From a virus: DNA of 64,000 bases. Shown one piece after another: positions 47,395 through 57,991 of the stretch (position 1 is its first letter; each line of letters opens with the position of its first letter). The notes beneath the pieces were generated by a model. That model was not told the DNA's origin and did not search any database. It was given only the letters and a program-made list of their open reading frames with translations. The translations under genes were made by a program, and so were the position numbers. The stretch covers positions 26,209 to 90,208 of IMG/VR virus record IMGVR_UViG_3300043823_000114. One strand, 5' to 3'.

Positions 47395-50300
47395 ATGTCT
47401 ATTACTCGTATTCAGAATAACCAGATTACCGACGGAACCATTGTTTCTTATGCAAAATTGCAAGCAGGTTCTTTAACAGGTAACTTATTTGCTCCCACAG
47501 TTACACTTAATAGTAACGTTACTATCAATGGTAATTTGTTTTTGGCAAACTCTGGTAACACAGCGACAATCAACGCTACAAATACTTTTGTTAATGACCC
47601 ATTAGTTGTTTTCAACAACGGATATACTGGATCGCTGACTGGTTATGATATTGGTATTCTTGTTAATCGTAACTTAAGTCCACTTGCGAGCTATGGCTCT
47701 GTGAACACAGCATGGGTATGGAGCGAAGCTGACCAGGCTTTTGAAGCTATTGCTACTACAGATACTGGTACGGGTATTGCAAGTATCAACAATAGTGGTT
47801 GGACAAATACTAAAGTTGGTAACAGCACAGTTGTTTATACACAAACTGTTGGTAACTTGGTTGTTGGCGGTAGTATTACATTAAGTGGGTCTGCTTCATT
47901 AGGCCCAATCACAGCGTCAAGTTTTCAAGGTGTTATTGGTAATGTAACACCAGCCACAGGTACATTCACTACAATAGTAACTGGTGGCCTACAAGCAGTA
48001 GCGATAGGTAACGTTACTCCAGGTACAGCAGTCTTCACTACAGCGACAACAGGTGGATTACAAGCAGTAGCGATTGGTAATGTCACGGCAGGTACTGGAT
48101 TCTTTACTCAGATTGGTTCAACAACTACAGCTAACTTAAACACTATCACTGGTGCTAGTTTTCAAGGTGTTATCGGTAATGTGACGCCCGCGGCTGGAAC
48201 ATTTACAAGCATTACTGCACAAACTGAAATAGTTGGTGGTTTACAAGCAGTTGCAATCGGTAACGTAACTCCAGGTACAGCAGTCTTCACAACACAAACA
48301 ACTGGTGGTTTACAAGCAGTGGCGATTGGTAATGTGACTCCTGGAACTGCGGCATTTACTACATTGAGTGCTACTGGTGCAAGCACATTGAACACAATAG
48401 TAGGGGCTAGCTTCCAAGGTGTTATTGGTAATGTGACTCCTAGTACAGCAACATTTACTACTGCAACTACTGGTGGATTACAAGCAGTGGCGATTGGTAA
48501 TGTGACTCCTGGAACTGGTGCATTTACAACTGGTACATTCAATACTGCAACAACTGGTGGTTTACAAGCAGTTGCAATCGGTAACGTAACTCCAGGTACA
48601 GCAGTCTTCACAACACAAACAACTGGTGGTTTACAAGCAGTGGCGATTGGTAATGTGACTCCTGGAACTGCGGCATTTACTACATTGAGTGCTACTGGTG
48701 CAACTACACTGAATACAGCAACGGGTGCAAGTTATCAAGGTGTTATTGGTAACGTTACTCCAACAACAGCATTCTTTACAACAGCGAATGCGACTACTGT
48801 TCAGGCAGCAACAATTGGTAACAGTGGTGCAGTCTTATATGGTACTTTGAATAGTGCCAGCGCAAGTCAAACAAACATCACAGCAGTTGGTACATTAAAT
48901 GGCTTAACTGTGGCAAGTGGCTATACAGCAGTAGTAAACGGTACTGCAAATAATAACGGCACTGTGTTTAGTAGTGGTGCGTTACAAGTTGCAGGTGGTG
49001 CTGGATTTGCAAGCAATGTATATGTTGGCGGCAACTTAGTGGTTGTTGGTAATATTCTGGCTAACTTGGGAAATATCAGTACTGTCACAGTGACTGGTAA
49101 CAGCGCTCAGTTCTTGGGTAATGCGGCTGGTTTTGGTGCGTTGTACGCTGGTATCACGAGTGGTTATGTATATCAGCCACAGACAGTTATCCAAGCAAGT
49201 ACAAACTTCAACGGTTACGCTCAAGTTAACCATCAAAACATTAACGGTGGTTCTTCTGCATCTACTGACTTTGTTGCAACAATGGATACTGGTACTGCTG
49301 GTGCAGGCTATATCGACATGGGTATCAACAGCAGTGGCTATGCTAGTGCTAGTGCAACATTAAGCTATGCTGGTGACGGTTATGTATATGTACAAGCTCC
49401 TGCAAGTGGTTCGCTAGGTAACTTGATGCTTGGTACTGCGGCTGCTACGGGTAACATCTTCTTTGTAACTGGTGGTCAAAACATCAATAACCAAGTGATG
49501 ACTATTACTACAAGTAATACAGTCGTAGTCACAAGTACAGTTGCGGCAACTAGCACATCAACGGGAGCTTTACAAGTTCAGGGTGGTTTGGGCGTTACTG
49601 GTGCAACATATGCTGGTTCAGTATATGATGCTGGTAATCGTGTACTAACAAGTTTGTCAAGTTCTGGTGCTGGTAATTTAACAGTTACAATCAGCGCACC
49701 ATCAAGTTCTACGATAGCTCTACCATCAACTGGTCCTGGCACTGCTCAATGGGGCGGACAGACTCAATTGCCAGTTGTAGCATTTGATGCTTATGGTCGT
49801 GCAAGCACTGCAAGCAACATTGCACTCAATACTATAGCGGTAACACAAGCTGGAAATACAGCAAATATTACAGCTAATGCAACTACTGGTTTGGTAGGAT
49901 TTGATTTAACAAACACTACAGTAACAGCGGGGGTATACGGAGATACATCTCATGTACCACAAGTAACAGTAGACAGCAAAGGTCGTGTAACAAGTTTAAG
50001 TAATGTGGCGTTCTCGTCTAGCTTTACAATTGCAGGTACTACTGGATCACAATCAGTGGCAACAGGTAGTACGCTAAGTCTTGCTGGAACATATGGTGTA
50101 ACAGTCGCAGTTGGTGCAGAGTATGCAAACATTAGTACTCCACAAGATTTAAGAACAACAGCAAGTCCTACTTTTGCCGCACTAACAAGCACTGGTGTAT
50201 TGATTTCTAGTGGTAATATTGTTGCGGCAAGTGGAACAGCGAGTACAAATACAACAACTGGCGCGTTGGTAGTTAAAGGCGGTGCTGGTGTTAGTGGTGA

Positions 50301-53300
50301 TGTTAATATAGGTGGCAATTTATCAGTTAGTGGTACACTAACTTATATTAATACAACGCAAGAAATTGTGTCTGGAGTTGAGATAGTTGCAGGCAACTTA
50401 GTAGCAAACAGTGGTACAGCAAGTTCTAACACTACTACTGGTGCGTTAGTAGTAATCGGCGGTGCAGGTATTAGTGGCGCAATTAACACAGGTGGGACTA
50501 TAAATGCAGGTGGCAATATTGTAGCTGCCGCTACTACAGTCAGCACTAGCACTACAACGGGTGCATTGATTGTGGCAGGTGGTGTGGGTATTGCAGGTGA
50601 TACTTATCATGGAGGTAATATTACTCTTGGTGGTAATATAGCATTTACTTCTAGCGGCAACGTAACACTGAATGGCGGTAATATAAATCTTGGCACTGCT
50701 GGGACCCCATCGTCAATAATGGCACCTGTTCAGACATCTCTTTACCCCTATTCATTCCAAGGTTATCCCAATACTGGAATACACGCAATTACTGGTGGAC
50801 TGATGAGATTCACGCAGAACGGTACAGATTATTTTGCCTTTAATACTTACGGCCCATACAGTCTTGTATCACACCAGTTTATTCAAGGTTCTAGTAATAC
50901 ACCTGCCATTCGTAATGGTGGATTTAATACAGGATTTTACTTTCCTTCTGCGGGAAATATTGGTGTATCAATGGGCACTGGTATAGATACGGCATATTTT
51001 ACAACTGCTGGTACTAGTAGCGCCAATATTATAAGTGGTGCTTTTACAGTCAACGGTGGCGTTGGTATAAACGGAAATGTCTTTGCTAACGCTGTCTACG
51101 ATGCTGGCAGTAGAACAGTCAGCACTAGTTCTGGCAGTGGTAATTTAACTATCTCTGCTAATTCAATATCACTGGCACTGACTGGTCCTGGTAGTACTAC
51201 TGTCGGTAGCTCAACAAGTATTCCAGTTATCACAACTGATCAATATGGTCGAGTATCAAGTCTAGGCACTGCATCTGTATCAACTTCTTTTTCAGTTGGT
51301 AACTCTACAGGCTCTACAACTACAGTGTCAAGTGGAAGTACATTGACAATTGCAGGTACATATGGTGTAACAGTTGCAGTTGGTGCAGAATATGCAAACA
51401 TTGGTACACCACAAGATCTAAGATCAACTGCTAGTCCAACATTTACTGGATTGACTGCACAAACAATCAGTACTGGTGGATTACAAGCAGTAGCGATTGG
51501 TAATGTAACCCCAGGAACTGGTGCATTTACTACAGCAACTACGAGCAGTACATTCATTGCTAGTGGTAACATTGTTGCGGCAGCATCAACAACAAGTACT
51601 TCAGCTACAACTGGTGCGTTGATTGTTCCGAACGGTGGTGTTGGTATCAGTGGTAACTTGAATGCTGGAACAGCAGGCACAAGTATCCATCAACTACTTG
51701 GTAATGTGGTCATCGGTACTGGTAATGGTCCAGCGGGTGCTTTAACTTCATTGGAAGTTAATCAAAACAATACCACTCCGTTCAACAGTACATCAACAGT
51801 TCACATATTTGGTCAACAAAGTGCTCCAACCAAACTAACTTTAGACAGCGTGGGTACTAGCGTAACATCTATGTTCATCGCTAGAACGGCGGCTGGAACA
51901 GCGACAAGCCCCAGCGCAGTACAAAGTGGTCAAGCATTAGGTGCGTTCATTGGTAGGGGTTATGGTGCAACTGGTTTCTTACTAGCCAACGTAAATCAAT
52001 CTGCGGGTATGTTGGTTAAATCCACACAAAACTTTACTGATACTGCTCAAGGAACAAGTCTATTATTCAATGTTACTCCGAACAATAGTAACTTGGCAGT
52101 AACTGCGGTAACTATCGGTAATGATGGTAACGTATTATTGGCTAACTCATTGAGTGTTGGTGGATATACATCTTTGAACGGTGTGACTGTTAATAATACT
52201 GCATTTATCTATGGTAACTTGACAGCCAACACATATACTACTTCATATGGTATACTACATGTGGCAAACACTACTGTTACTAGTAGTGCGGTTACTGGTG
52301 CTGTAGTAATCGATGGTGGTATCGGTATCAGTGGGAATATTAATAGTGCGGGGCAATTATTTGTTGGTGCCCAGGCACAATCAACGGTATTGACAAGTCC
52401 ATTGGCTGTATATCGAGGATCAAGCGCTACTGGACCTGGTGTACAGTACACTCAAGATGCATTAATCAATGCCACAAATACTGGTTCTAGCGACTTTATC
52501 GCTTATGCCAACAACTATCCTGGTCCAAGTAGTGATCATGGCTGGATGGATATGGGCTTCACTAGTGATGCATTTAATGATCCAGTCTACACTATCACGA
52601 AAACCAACGATGGTTATATATTTGCATCAGGTGCTAACAGCACAGTTGGTGGTAATTTAGTAATCTCTACGGACTATTCTGGCAGTTACAACGACATTGT
52701 TATTGGTGTTGGTAGCTTCTACGCTAATTCTGAAGTTGCTAGATTCCATGGTAATACAAGCAACAGTGGATATCTAAACTTAGAATACACAACAACAGCA
52801 TCTAGTACAAGTACTGGTGCATTGCGTGTACAAGGTGGGGTTGGCGTAGCTGGTAACATTTATGCAGGTGGTATACAAAATACTCCGATAGGTTCAGCAA
52901 CTGCAAGTACTGGTGCTTTCACAACATTGACTGCAACAAGTTTGTCATTGGCTGCACTCAATGGAACAGTTATTGGTAATGTAACCCCAGCGGCTGCAAC
53001 ATTCACTACAGTTTCTACTGGTGGTTTACAAGCAGTAGCAATAGGTAACGTAACTCCAGGAACTGGTGCATTTACAACTGGTGCATTTAGTAGCACTCTT
53101 GGTGTAACTGGAGCCACAACGCTAACAACAGCCACAACAGGTGGCTTACAAGCAGTGGCTATTGGTAATGTGACTCCTGGTACAGCAGTATTCACAACAT
53201 CTACAACAGGTGGCTTACAAGCAGTAGCCATCGGTAATGTAACTCCTGGTACAGGTGCATTTACGACTGTTACTGCTAGTGTCAGTGCTAACGCAACAGT

Positions 53301-54426
53301 GGCAAACATCACAGGTACAACAGCTACAACAAGTACTACAACTGGTGCTCTAGTAGTAGCAGGTGGTACAGGTATTGCTGGTAACTTGTGGACTGGCGGA
53401 GCCGCAACACTCAATGCGTCACAAACAAGTAACTATGACTTCAAGGTCTATGGTAACAGAACTACAAACTTGTTATGGGCTAGACCAAACAGCACATACG
53501 ATACTGTCATTATTGGTAACACGATTTCTGCGGGCAGTATCGTAAACGGAGCCGCACTACAAATTGCCACAACAGATAGTATTTTATTACCAGCTGGTAC
53601 AAGTGCTCAACGACCATCAGCAAGTGGATTGGGCACTGATACTGTCGGTATGATACGTTATAGTACAACAAGTAACGGTCTTGAATTCTATAATGGTACT
53701 GCGTGGCAAGCTCCGAGTAGCACGATCACAGTTATCACAGACCAACAATTTACTGGAACAGGTAGTACTAATACATTTACACTAAGTAGTGCAACTACTA
53801 CAGCATCAACTATTGTTAGTATCAACGGTGTTATGCAGATTCCAACACTGGCTTACAGCGTAAGTGGAACTACTCTGACATTCACAGAAAATCCATCTAA
53901 CAATGATGTTATCGATGTGCGTGTTCTGACTACTACAAGTTCAGTTAGTGAATTGACTGATATTAGTGGATTTAATAGTGTACAAACATTGGCTGCTGGG
54001 TCAACTAACAGTAACACTGCTATATTGTTTACTACTGGTTTGACAGGCGGAAGTGCTATATCACAGTACAGTATTAATACAGACGGTGGCTTTGTAACAC
54101 TAAGTCCAAACGTAACTGTTGCAAGTGCTGGTACTAGTGTCATTGACAACTTGTTTGCCAATACATATAGCAGTGCAAAATACACTATTACAGCAACACT
54201 AGCAGGTACAAATATCCGTGAAATCAACGAAGTATTAATGGTACACAATGGTGGCGTGAGTGGTGCAGGAACAGCTACAGTTATGAGCTATGGTAAAGTT
54301 AATACGGCAGGTAATACTCTAGTGACATTTGGGGCTACAACTACAGGCAATATAGCACAGTTGCAAGCAACTACAACAAACGCAAATACAATCTTCAGAA
54401 TTAAACGGGATTATATGGCAATCTAA
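47395..54426 (+). CDS. Long repetitive fibre protein, 2343 aa
   Basis: 11 copies of GGLQAVAIGNVT; multiple (S/T)TTTGAL.V.GG.G..G units; duplicated TYGVTVAVGAEYANI.TPQDLR.TASPTF. Confidence 0.7.
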   Translation: MSITRIQNNQITDGTIVSYAKLQAGSLTGNLFAPTVTLNSNVTINGNLFLANSGNTATINATNTFVNDPLVVFNNGYTGSLTGYDIGILVNRNLSPLASYGSVNTAWVWSEADQAFEAIATTDTGTGIASINNSGWTNTKVGNSTVVYTQTVGNLVVGGSITLSGSASLGPITASSFQGVIGNVTPATGTFTTIVTGGLQAVAIGNVTPGTAVFTTATTGGLQAVAIGNVTAGTGFFTQIGSTTTANLNTITGASFQGVIGNVTPAAGTFTSITAQTEIVGGLQAVAIGNVTPGTAVFTTQTTGGLQAVAIGNVTPGTAAFTTLSATGASTLNTIVGASFQGVIGNVTPSTATFTTATTGGLQAVAIGNVTPGTGAFTTGTFNTATTGGLQAVAIGNVTPGTAVFTTQTTGGLQAVAIGNVTPGTAAFTTLSATGATTLNTATGASYQGVIGNVTPTTAFFTTANATTVQAATIGNSGAVLYGTLNSASASQTNITAVGTLNGLTVASGYTAVVNGTANNNGTVFSSGALQVAGGAGFASNVYVGGNLVVVGNILANLGNISTVTVTGNSAQFLGNAAGFGALYAGITSGYVYQPQTVIQASTNFNGYAQVNHQNINGGSSASTDFVATMDTGTAGAGYIDMGINSSGYASASATLSYAGDGYVYVQAPASGSLGNLMLGTAAATGNIFFVTGGQNINNQVMTITTSNTVVVTSTVAATSTSTGALQVQGGLGVTGATYAGSVYDAGNRVLTSLSSSGAGNLTVTISAPSSSTIALPSTGPGTAQWGGQTQLPVVAFDAYGRASTASNIALNTIAVTQAGNTANITANATTGLVGFDLTNTTVTAGVYGDTSHVPQVTVDSKGRVTSLSNVAFSSSFTIAGTTGSQSVATGSTLSLAGTYGVTVAVGAEYANISTPQDLRTTASPTFAALTSTGVLISSGNIVAASGTASTNTTTGALVVKGGAGVSGDVNIGGNLSVSGTLTYINTTQEIVSGVEIVAGNLVANSGTASSNTTTGALVVIGGAGISGAINTGGTINAGGNIVAAATTVSTSTTTGALIVAGGVGIAGDTYHGGNITLGGNIAFTSSGNVTLNGGNINLGTAGTPSSIMAPVQTSLYPYSFQGYPNTGIHAITGGLMRFTQNGTDYFAFNTYGPYSLVSHQFIQGSSNTPAIRNGGFNTGFYFPSAGNIGVSMGTGIDTAYFTTAGTSSANIISGAFTVNGGVGINGNVFANAVYDAGSRTVSTSSGSGNLTISANSISLALTGPGSTTVGSSTSIPVITTDQYGRVSSLGTASVSTSFSVGNSTGSTTTVSSGSTLTIAGTYGVTVAVGAEYANIGTPQDLRSTASPTFTGLTAQTISTGGLQAVAIGNVTPGTGAFTTATTSSTFIASGNIVAAASTTSTSATTGALIVPNGGVGISGNLNAGTAGTSIHQLLGNVVIGTGNGPAGALTSLEVNQNNTTPFNSTSTVHIFGQQSAPTKLTLDSVGTSVTSMFIARTAAGTATSPSAVQSGQALGAFIGRGYGATGFLLANVNQSAGMLVKSTQNFTDTAQGTSLLFNVTPNNSNLAVTAVTIGNDGNVLLANSLSVGGYTSLNGVTVNNTAFIYGNLTANTYTTSYGILHVANTTVTSSAVTGAVVIDGGIGISGNINSAGQLFVGAQAQSTVLTSPLAVYRGSSATGPGVQYTQDALINATNTGSSDFIAYANNYPGPSSDHGWMDMGFTSDAFNDPVYTITKTNDGYIFASGANSTVGGNLVISTDYSGSYNDIVIGVGSFYANSEVARFHGNTSNSGYLNLEYTTTASSTSTGALRVQGGVGVAGNIYAGGIQNTPIGSATASTGAFTTLTATSLSLAALNGTVIGNVTPAAATFTTVSTGGLQAVAIGNVTPGTGAFTTGAFSSTLGVTGATTLTTATTGGLQAVAIGNVTPGTAVFTTSTTGGLQAVAIGNVTPGTGAFTTVTASVSANATVANITGTTATTSTTTGALVVAGGTGIAGNLWTGGAATLNASQTSNYDFKVYGNRTTNLLWARPNSTYDTVIIGNTISAGSIVNGAALQIATTDSILLPAGTSAQRPSASGLGTDTVGMIRYSTTSNGLEFYNGTAWQAPSSTITVITDQQFTGTGSTNTFTLSSATTTASTIVSINGVMQIPTLAYSVSGTTLTFTENPSNNDVIDVRVLTTTSSVSELTDISGFNSVQTLAAGSTNSNTAILFTTGLTGGSAISQYSINTDGGFVTLSPNVTVASAGTSVIDNLFANTYSSAKYTITATLAGTNIREINEVLMVHNGGVSGAGTATVMSYGKVNTAGNTLVTFGATTTGNIAQLQATTTNANTIFRIKRDYMAI
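48234..48703 (+). repeat. Perfect 149-bp direct repeat (48234-48382 and 48555-48703) inside the fibre gene
   Basis: The two copies read identically by eye; offset 321 nt (107 codons). Confidence 0.85.
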
Positions 54427-54428
54427 TC

Positions 54429-54458
54429 AGTAGGGGTAGATGGGCTACCCCTACTTTT
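54429..54458 (+). terminator. Terminator-like hairpin between fibre genes
   Basis: AGTAGGGGTAG-ATGGG-CTACCCCTACT followed by TTT. Confidence 0.65.
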
Positions 54459-54493
54459 GATCCTTTTCGGGGAATATGGAACCGGGGAAATAA

Positions 54494-55990
54494 ATGGCAA
54501 ATAGTAATTTTATAGTTCAGAATGGTCTTCAAGTAGGCTCTCTGACAATCTTCGCTGGGAACGGCGACATCACAACAACAGGTAATATTGGTGTTACGGG
54601 CAGTGGATCGTTTGGCGGGCTAAACCCACAACAGATTTATAACGGAACGACTAATGTAACAGCTACATCATCACTGGTAAATGTGGCAATCAGTGGTAGT
54701 AACATCGCTAGTATTAATTCTACAGGGTTATCATTGACTCCGCAGTTGACAAGCACAGTAGTTACCGCAAATGCAGGTACACTAAATGTTGGTGGTAATA
54801 TTAACTACGGGCCAGACTATGGGCTGGCAGCAAGTTTTGTCAGTAATATCAACGGCTATAACTATATAGCTGTGCAAAACTTAAACAGCAGTGGTAACGC
54901 CAGCTCAAGTTTCACAGCATATAACAATACTGGCACAAGCTATATCGACGTTGGTGTTAATAGTTCTGGATTCAATGCGTCATCCAGTGGATTTGTTAAT
55001 AACTCACTGAACACACCCAGTGCCAGTTACGCTTATTCCTACGGGGGTGAGATGGTTGTTGGTACTTGGAACAACAACGGTATTCACTTTATTACCAACG
55101 CGGTGACTACTGCTGGTGACAGCATGTTTATTGCTGGTAATGGTAATGTCTATATCAGCGGTAACTTGACAGTTAGTGGCAATACAACACAAATTTACAC
55201 AACTACAACCTTCCTTACTGAATCGGCTAACTTAGTTCAAACAGCATATTTACAAGGTAATGCCGTTACTAATAGCGGAACTATCACACTACAAAATAAC
55301 TTAGTACCGGACGGTAGCGGAAATCGTAACTTAGGTAGCTCAGGTAATCCATATGGTAGCATTTATGGTACTATTGCAACAGCAAGCCAACCAAATATCA
55401 CAACATTGGCTGGTGTAACAAGTGTTGGTGCTAGTGGATCAACAACTTTAACTGGTACATTACAGACTGCAAGCCAAACGAACATTACAGCAGTTGGTAC
55501 ACTATCTGGCTTGACAGTGAGTGCGGCTATTGTGCCAAATGCCAATGCCAGTGTAAACTTAGGATCAACTAGTGCTTGGTGGAATAACATTTATGGTACA
55601 GCAACTCATGCATTATACGCTGACTTGGCAGAGAACTATCTAGCAGACAAAACTTATCCCCCTGGTACAGTTCTTATGTTTGGTGGCTCAGCAGAAGTCA
55701 CTATGGCAGACGCTGATACGACAAAGGTTGCAGGGGTAGTATCTACAAATCCAGCACATCTTATGAATGGCGCATTACAAGGTGCCAGTGTTACTCCTCT
55801 AGCATTGATGGGTCGTGTTCCCTGTATGATCGTTGGCCCAGTTGCAAAAGGCGATATTATGGTCAGCGCAGGTTGGGGATATGCCAAAGTCAACAATACC
55901 CCTGCAGTGGGTACAGTTATTGGTAAAGCACTAGAAGACTTCCCAAGTCAGGCTAAGGGTGTTATCGAAGTGGTTGTCGGTAGAGTCTAA
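54494..55990 (+). CDS. Tail fibre protein with C-terminal intramolecular-chaperone-like domain, 498 aa
   Basis: NF.V.NGL N-terminus; C-terminal ALYADLAENY...GRVPC...IEVVVGRV is paralogous to 1360..2394. Confidence 0.65.
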   Translation: MANSNFIVQNGLQVGSLTIFAGNGDITTTGNIGVTGSGSFGGLNPQQIYNGTTNVTATSSLVNVAISGSNIASINSTGLSLTPQLTSTVVTANAGTLNVGGNINYGPDYGLAASFVSNINGYNYIAVQNLNSSGNASSSFTAYNNTGTSYIDVGVNSSGFNASSSGFVNNSLNTPSASYAYSYGGEMVVGTWNNNGIHFITNAVTTAGDSMFIAGNGNVYISGNLTVSGNTTQIYTTTTFLTESANLVQTAYLQGNAVTNSGTITLQNNLVPDGSGNRNLGSSGNPYGSIYGTIATASQPNITTLAGVTSVGASGSTTLTGTLQTASQTNITAVGTLSGLTVSAAIVPNANASVNLGSTSAWWNNIYGTATHALYADLAENYLADKTYPPGTVLMFGGSAEVTMADADTTKVAGVVSTNPAHLMNGALQGASVTPLALMGRVPCMIVGPVAKGDIMVSAGWGYAKVNNTPAVGTVIGKALEDFPSQAKGVIEVVVGRV

Positions 55991-56007
55991 CTAACTAAAA
56001 CTCAATA

Positions 56008-56035
56008 TAAAGGGGCATTTAGCCCCTTTATTTTT
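56008..56035 (+). terminator. Rho-independent (possibly bidirectional) terminator
   Basis: TAAAGGGGC-ATTTA-GCCCCTTTA followed by TTTTT. Confidence 0.75.
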
Positions 56036-56036
56036 G

Positions 56037-56043
56037 ATAAATA
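56037..56043 (+). promoter_or_regulatory. T4-type late promoter
   Basis: ATAAATA immediately after the terminator, 22 nt before ATG 56066. Confidence 0.65.
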
Positions 56044-56065
56044 CAACATTGACGGACAAAGCTAA

Positions 56066-57982
56066 ATGGCATTAACAAGAATCAGCCCAGACATGTTGAA
56101 CACTACTACGGAGTTTTTCTCGGCTCCGATGGTAGTACTGCATCAAGGTGCAACTCAAGCAAACGTTGATGTTGGATTCTTATTCAACCGCGCTCAAGGG
56201 TTAGTGCCCAACGTAGCTTTATACTGGAGTGAAAGCACTCAGAGTATCGTTACAGCTTTCACAAATAATACTGGGATAACCAATAGTAACATTTCAGTTA
56301 CTGGCTATGCTAACTTGACTGTTGGCAATGTGCTATTAGTTAATGCTCAAATTTACGCAAATGGCGTACCAGGATTAGCTGGGCAGTTCTTACAATCTAC
56401 AAGTACTGGAATGACATGGAGCAACGGTACCCCTTTCACGGGTGGGTATGTTTCAAACGCAGTCACTGTGGGTTCGACATTATTGGCAAATAGCGGAGTT
56501 GCAAGTACAAGCACGAGTACTGGTGCATTGCAAGTTATTGGTGGTGCAGGTATATCTGGTAATCTTTATATTGGTGGTAATCTATCTGTTGCTGGTAACA
56601 TTAATAATGTAAATTACGAGACAATTTTATACACAGAAGTAGCCAATGTATTAACAGCAAATACACTAACAGTCAGTGGTAATGTCACTGGCGGTAATGT
56701 TATCGGCACAGTTTATAGCCCCACAGTAAACATCAATAGCACCTTAGGTGGTTATAATGTATTGAATATCACTGGGGCGGCACTACCTGCATACGGGTCT
56801 CAGACGTGGTCGTTCTTCACTCAGAATATAAGACTTACTGGTGGTGCAGGTAGTTGGATTCTATTCCCAGATAGTTCAACACAGACAACAGCATATCCTG
56901 GAACACTACTCTCTGGAACATCAACGCTGGCAATATCGACGCTAAATGCAGCCACAATTGGTAATACAAATGCCGCACTAACAGGGTCAAGCGCAGTTAT
57001 AACAGGCACAGCTAACTCAACGGGTACATCAAGTGGTGCTTTACAGGTTGTTGGTGGAGTTGGTGTTGGTGGTAACGTTTATGTTGGTGGCAATGTAGTT
57101 GTTACGGGTAACGTTATCAGCGGAGCGGGTAACATTACAGTCCAATCTTTCACTGGTAATAGCGGCCAGTTCTATGGCAATGCCGCTGGCTTCAGTGCAC
57201 TATATGCAGGTATTCCAAGTGGTTATGCCGCAACCCCTGACACAATTATTCAAAGTGCTGGTAACTTTAACAGTTATGTACAGAATAACAGCCAAAACAT
57301 TAATGCAGGCAGTCAAGCAACAACTGACTGGGTAGCAACAGCAAGCAACGGATCTGATACAATTTATTATATTGACTTGGGCATTGCTGGAGGTGGTTAT
57401 TCTAACGCAAGCCCATACAACAGTCTTGGTACAAGTTTGTGGCCAAACGATGCATATCTATATGCACAAGGTAACGTTGCTGGTGCTCCCGGTGGTAACT
57501 TAGTTGTTGGTACAAGTATTCCTGGCACAGTTACCCGCATTTTAGCAGGTGGTGTAAATTCATCAAATGTAGTTGCTATATTCTCTAACACTGGGTTGAC
57601 GGTTAGTGGCAATGTTATATCAAGTAACGTTTATACAAATGGTTTGTTCTGGGCCGGCAATGGCAATGTGATACAAACTGGTGGCGGTAGTGGAGGTAGC
57701 ATCACTTACACTGCAAACACTGCACCTCCAGCCACTGGAAACACAGTTGGTTCACAGTGGTACAATACATCAACTGACACGCTATATGAATACGAATATG
57801 ATGGTACAACATACCATTGGGTAGATATATCGAGCCCAACATTAGCAACAAACGTAAACCTAATCAGTGGTAACTTAACTGTGACTGGAAACTTATTTGT
57901 TCAGAGTAATACAGCATCTGGAACTGTTACAAGAGTAGAATATAATATACCGCATCCATTCTTATTGATGGGTGCGACATAA
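56066..57982 (+). CDS. Tail fibre protein, 638 aa
   Basis: TGAL.V.GG.G..GN repeats; shares the GN..QF.GNAAGF.ALYAGI module with 47395..54426; P......G.QWY.T......Y.DG....WVD; ends HPFLLMGA. Confidence 0.6.
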   Translation: MALTRISPDMLNTTTEFFSAPMVVLHQGATQANVDVGFLFNRAQGLVPNVALYWSESTQSIVTAFTNNTGITNSNISVTGYANLTVGNVLLVNAQIYANGVPGLAGQFLQSTSTGMTWSNGTPFTGGYVSNAVTVGSTLLANSGVASTSTSTGALQVIGGAGISGNLYIGGNLSVAGNINNVNYETILYTEVANVLTANTLTVSGNVTGGNVIGTVYSPTVNINSTLGGYNVLNITGAALPAYGSQTWSFFTQNIRLTGGAGSWILFPDSSTQTTAYPGTLLSGTSTLAISTLNAATIGNTNAALTGSSAVITGTANSTGTSSGALQVVGGVGVGGNVYVGGNVVVTGNVISGAGNITVQSFTGNSGQFYGNAAGFSALYAGIPSGYAATPDTIIQSAGNFNSYVQNNSQNINAGSQATTDWVATASNGSDTIYYIDLGIAGGGYSNASPYNSLGTSLWPNDAYLYAQGNVAGAPGGNLVVGTSIPGTVTRILAGGVNSSNVVAIFSNTGLTVSGNVISSNVYTNGLFWAGNGNVIQTGGGSGGSITYTANTAPPATGNTVGSQWYNTSTDTLYEYEYDGTTYHWVDISSPTLATNVNLISGNLTVTGNLFVQSNTASGTVTRVEYNIPHPFLLMGAT

Positions 57983-57991
57983 GGAAATAGA

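Noticed and set aside
47900-48760. Regularly spaced DNA repeats resembling a CRISPR or guide array
   Set aside because: They are in-frame, degenerate at third codon positions and encode a protein repeat; there are no unique spacers or cas genes.
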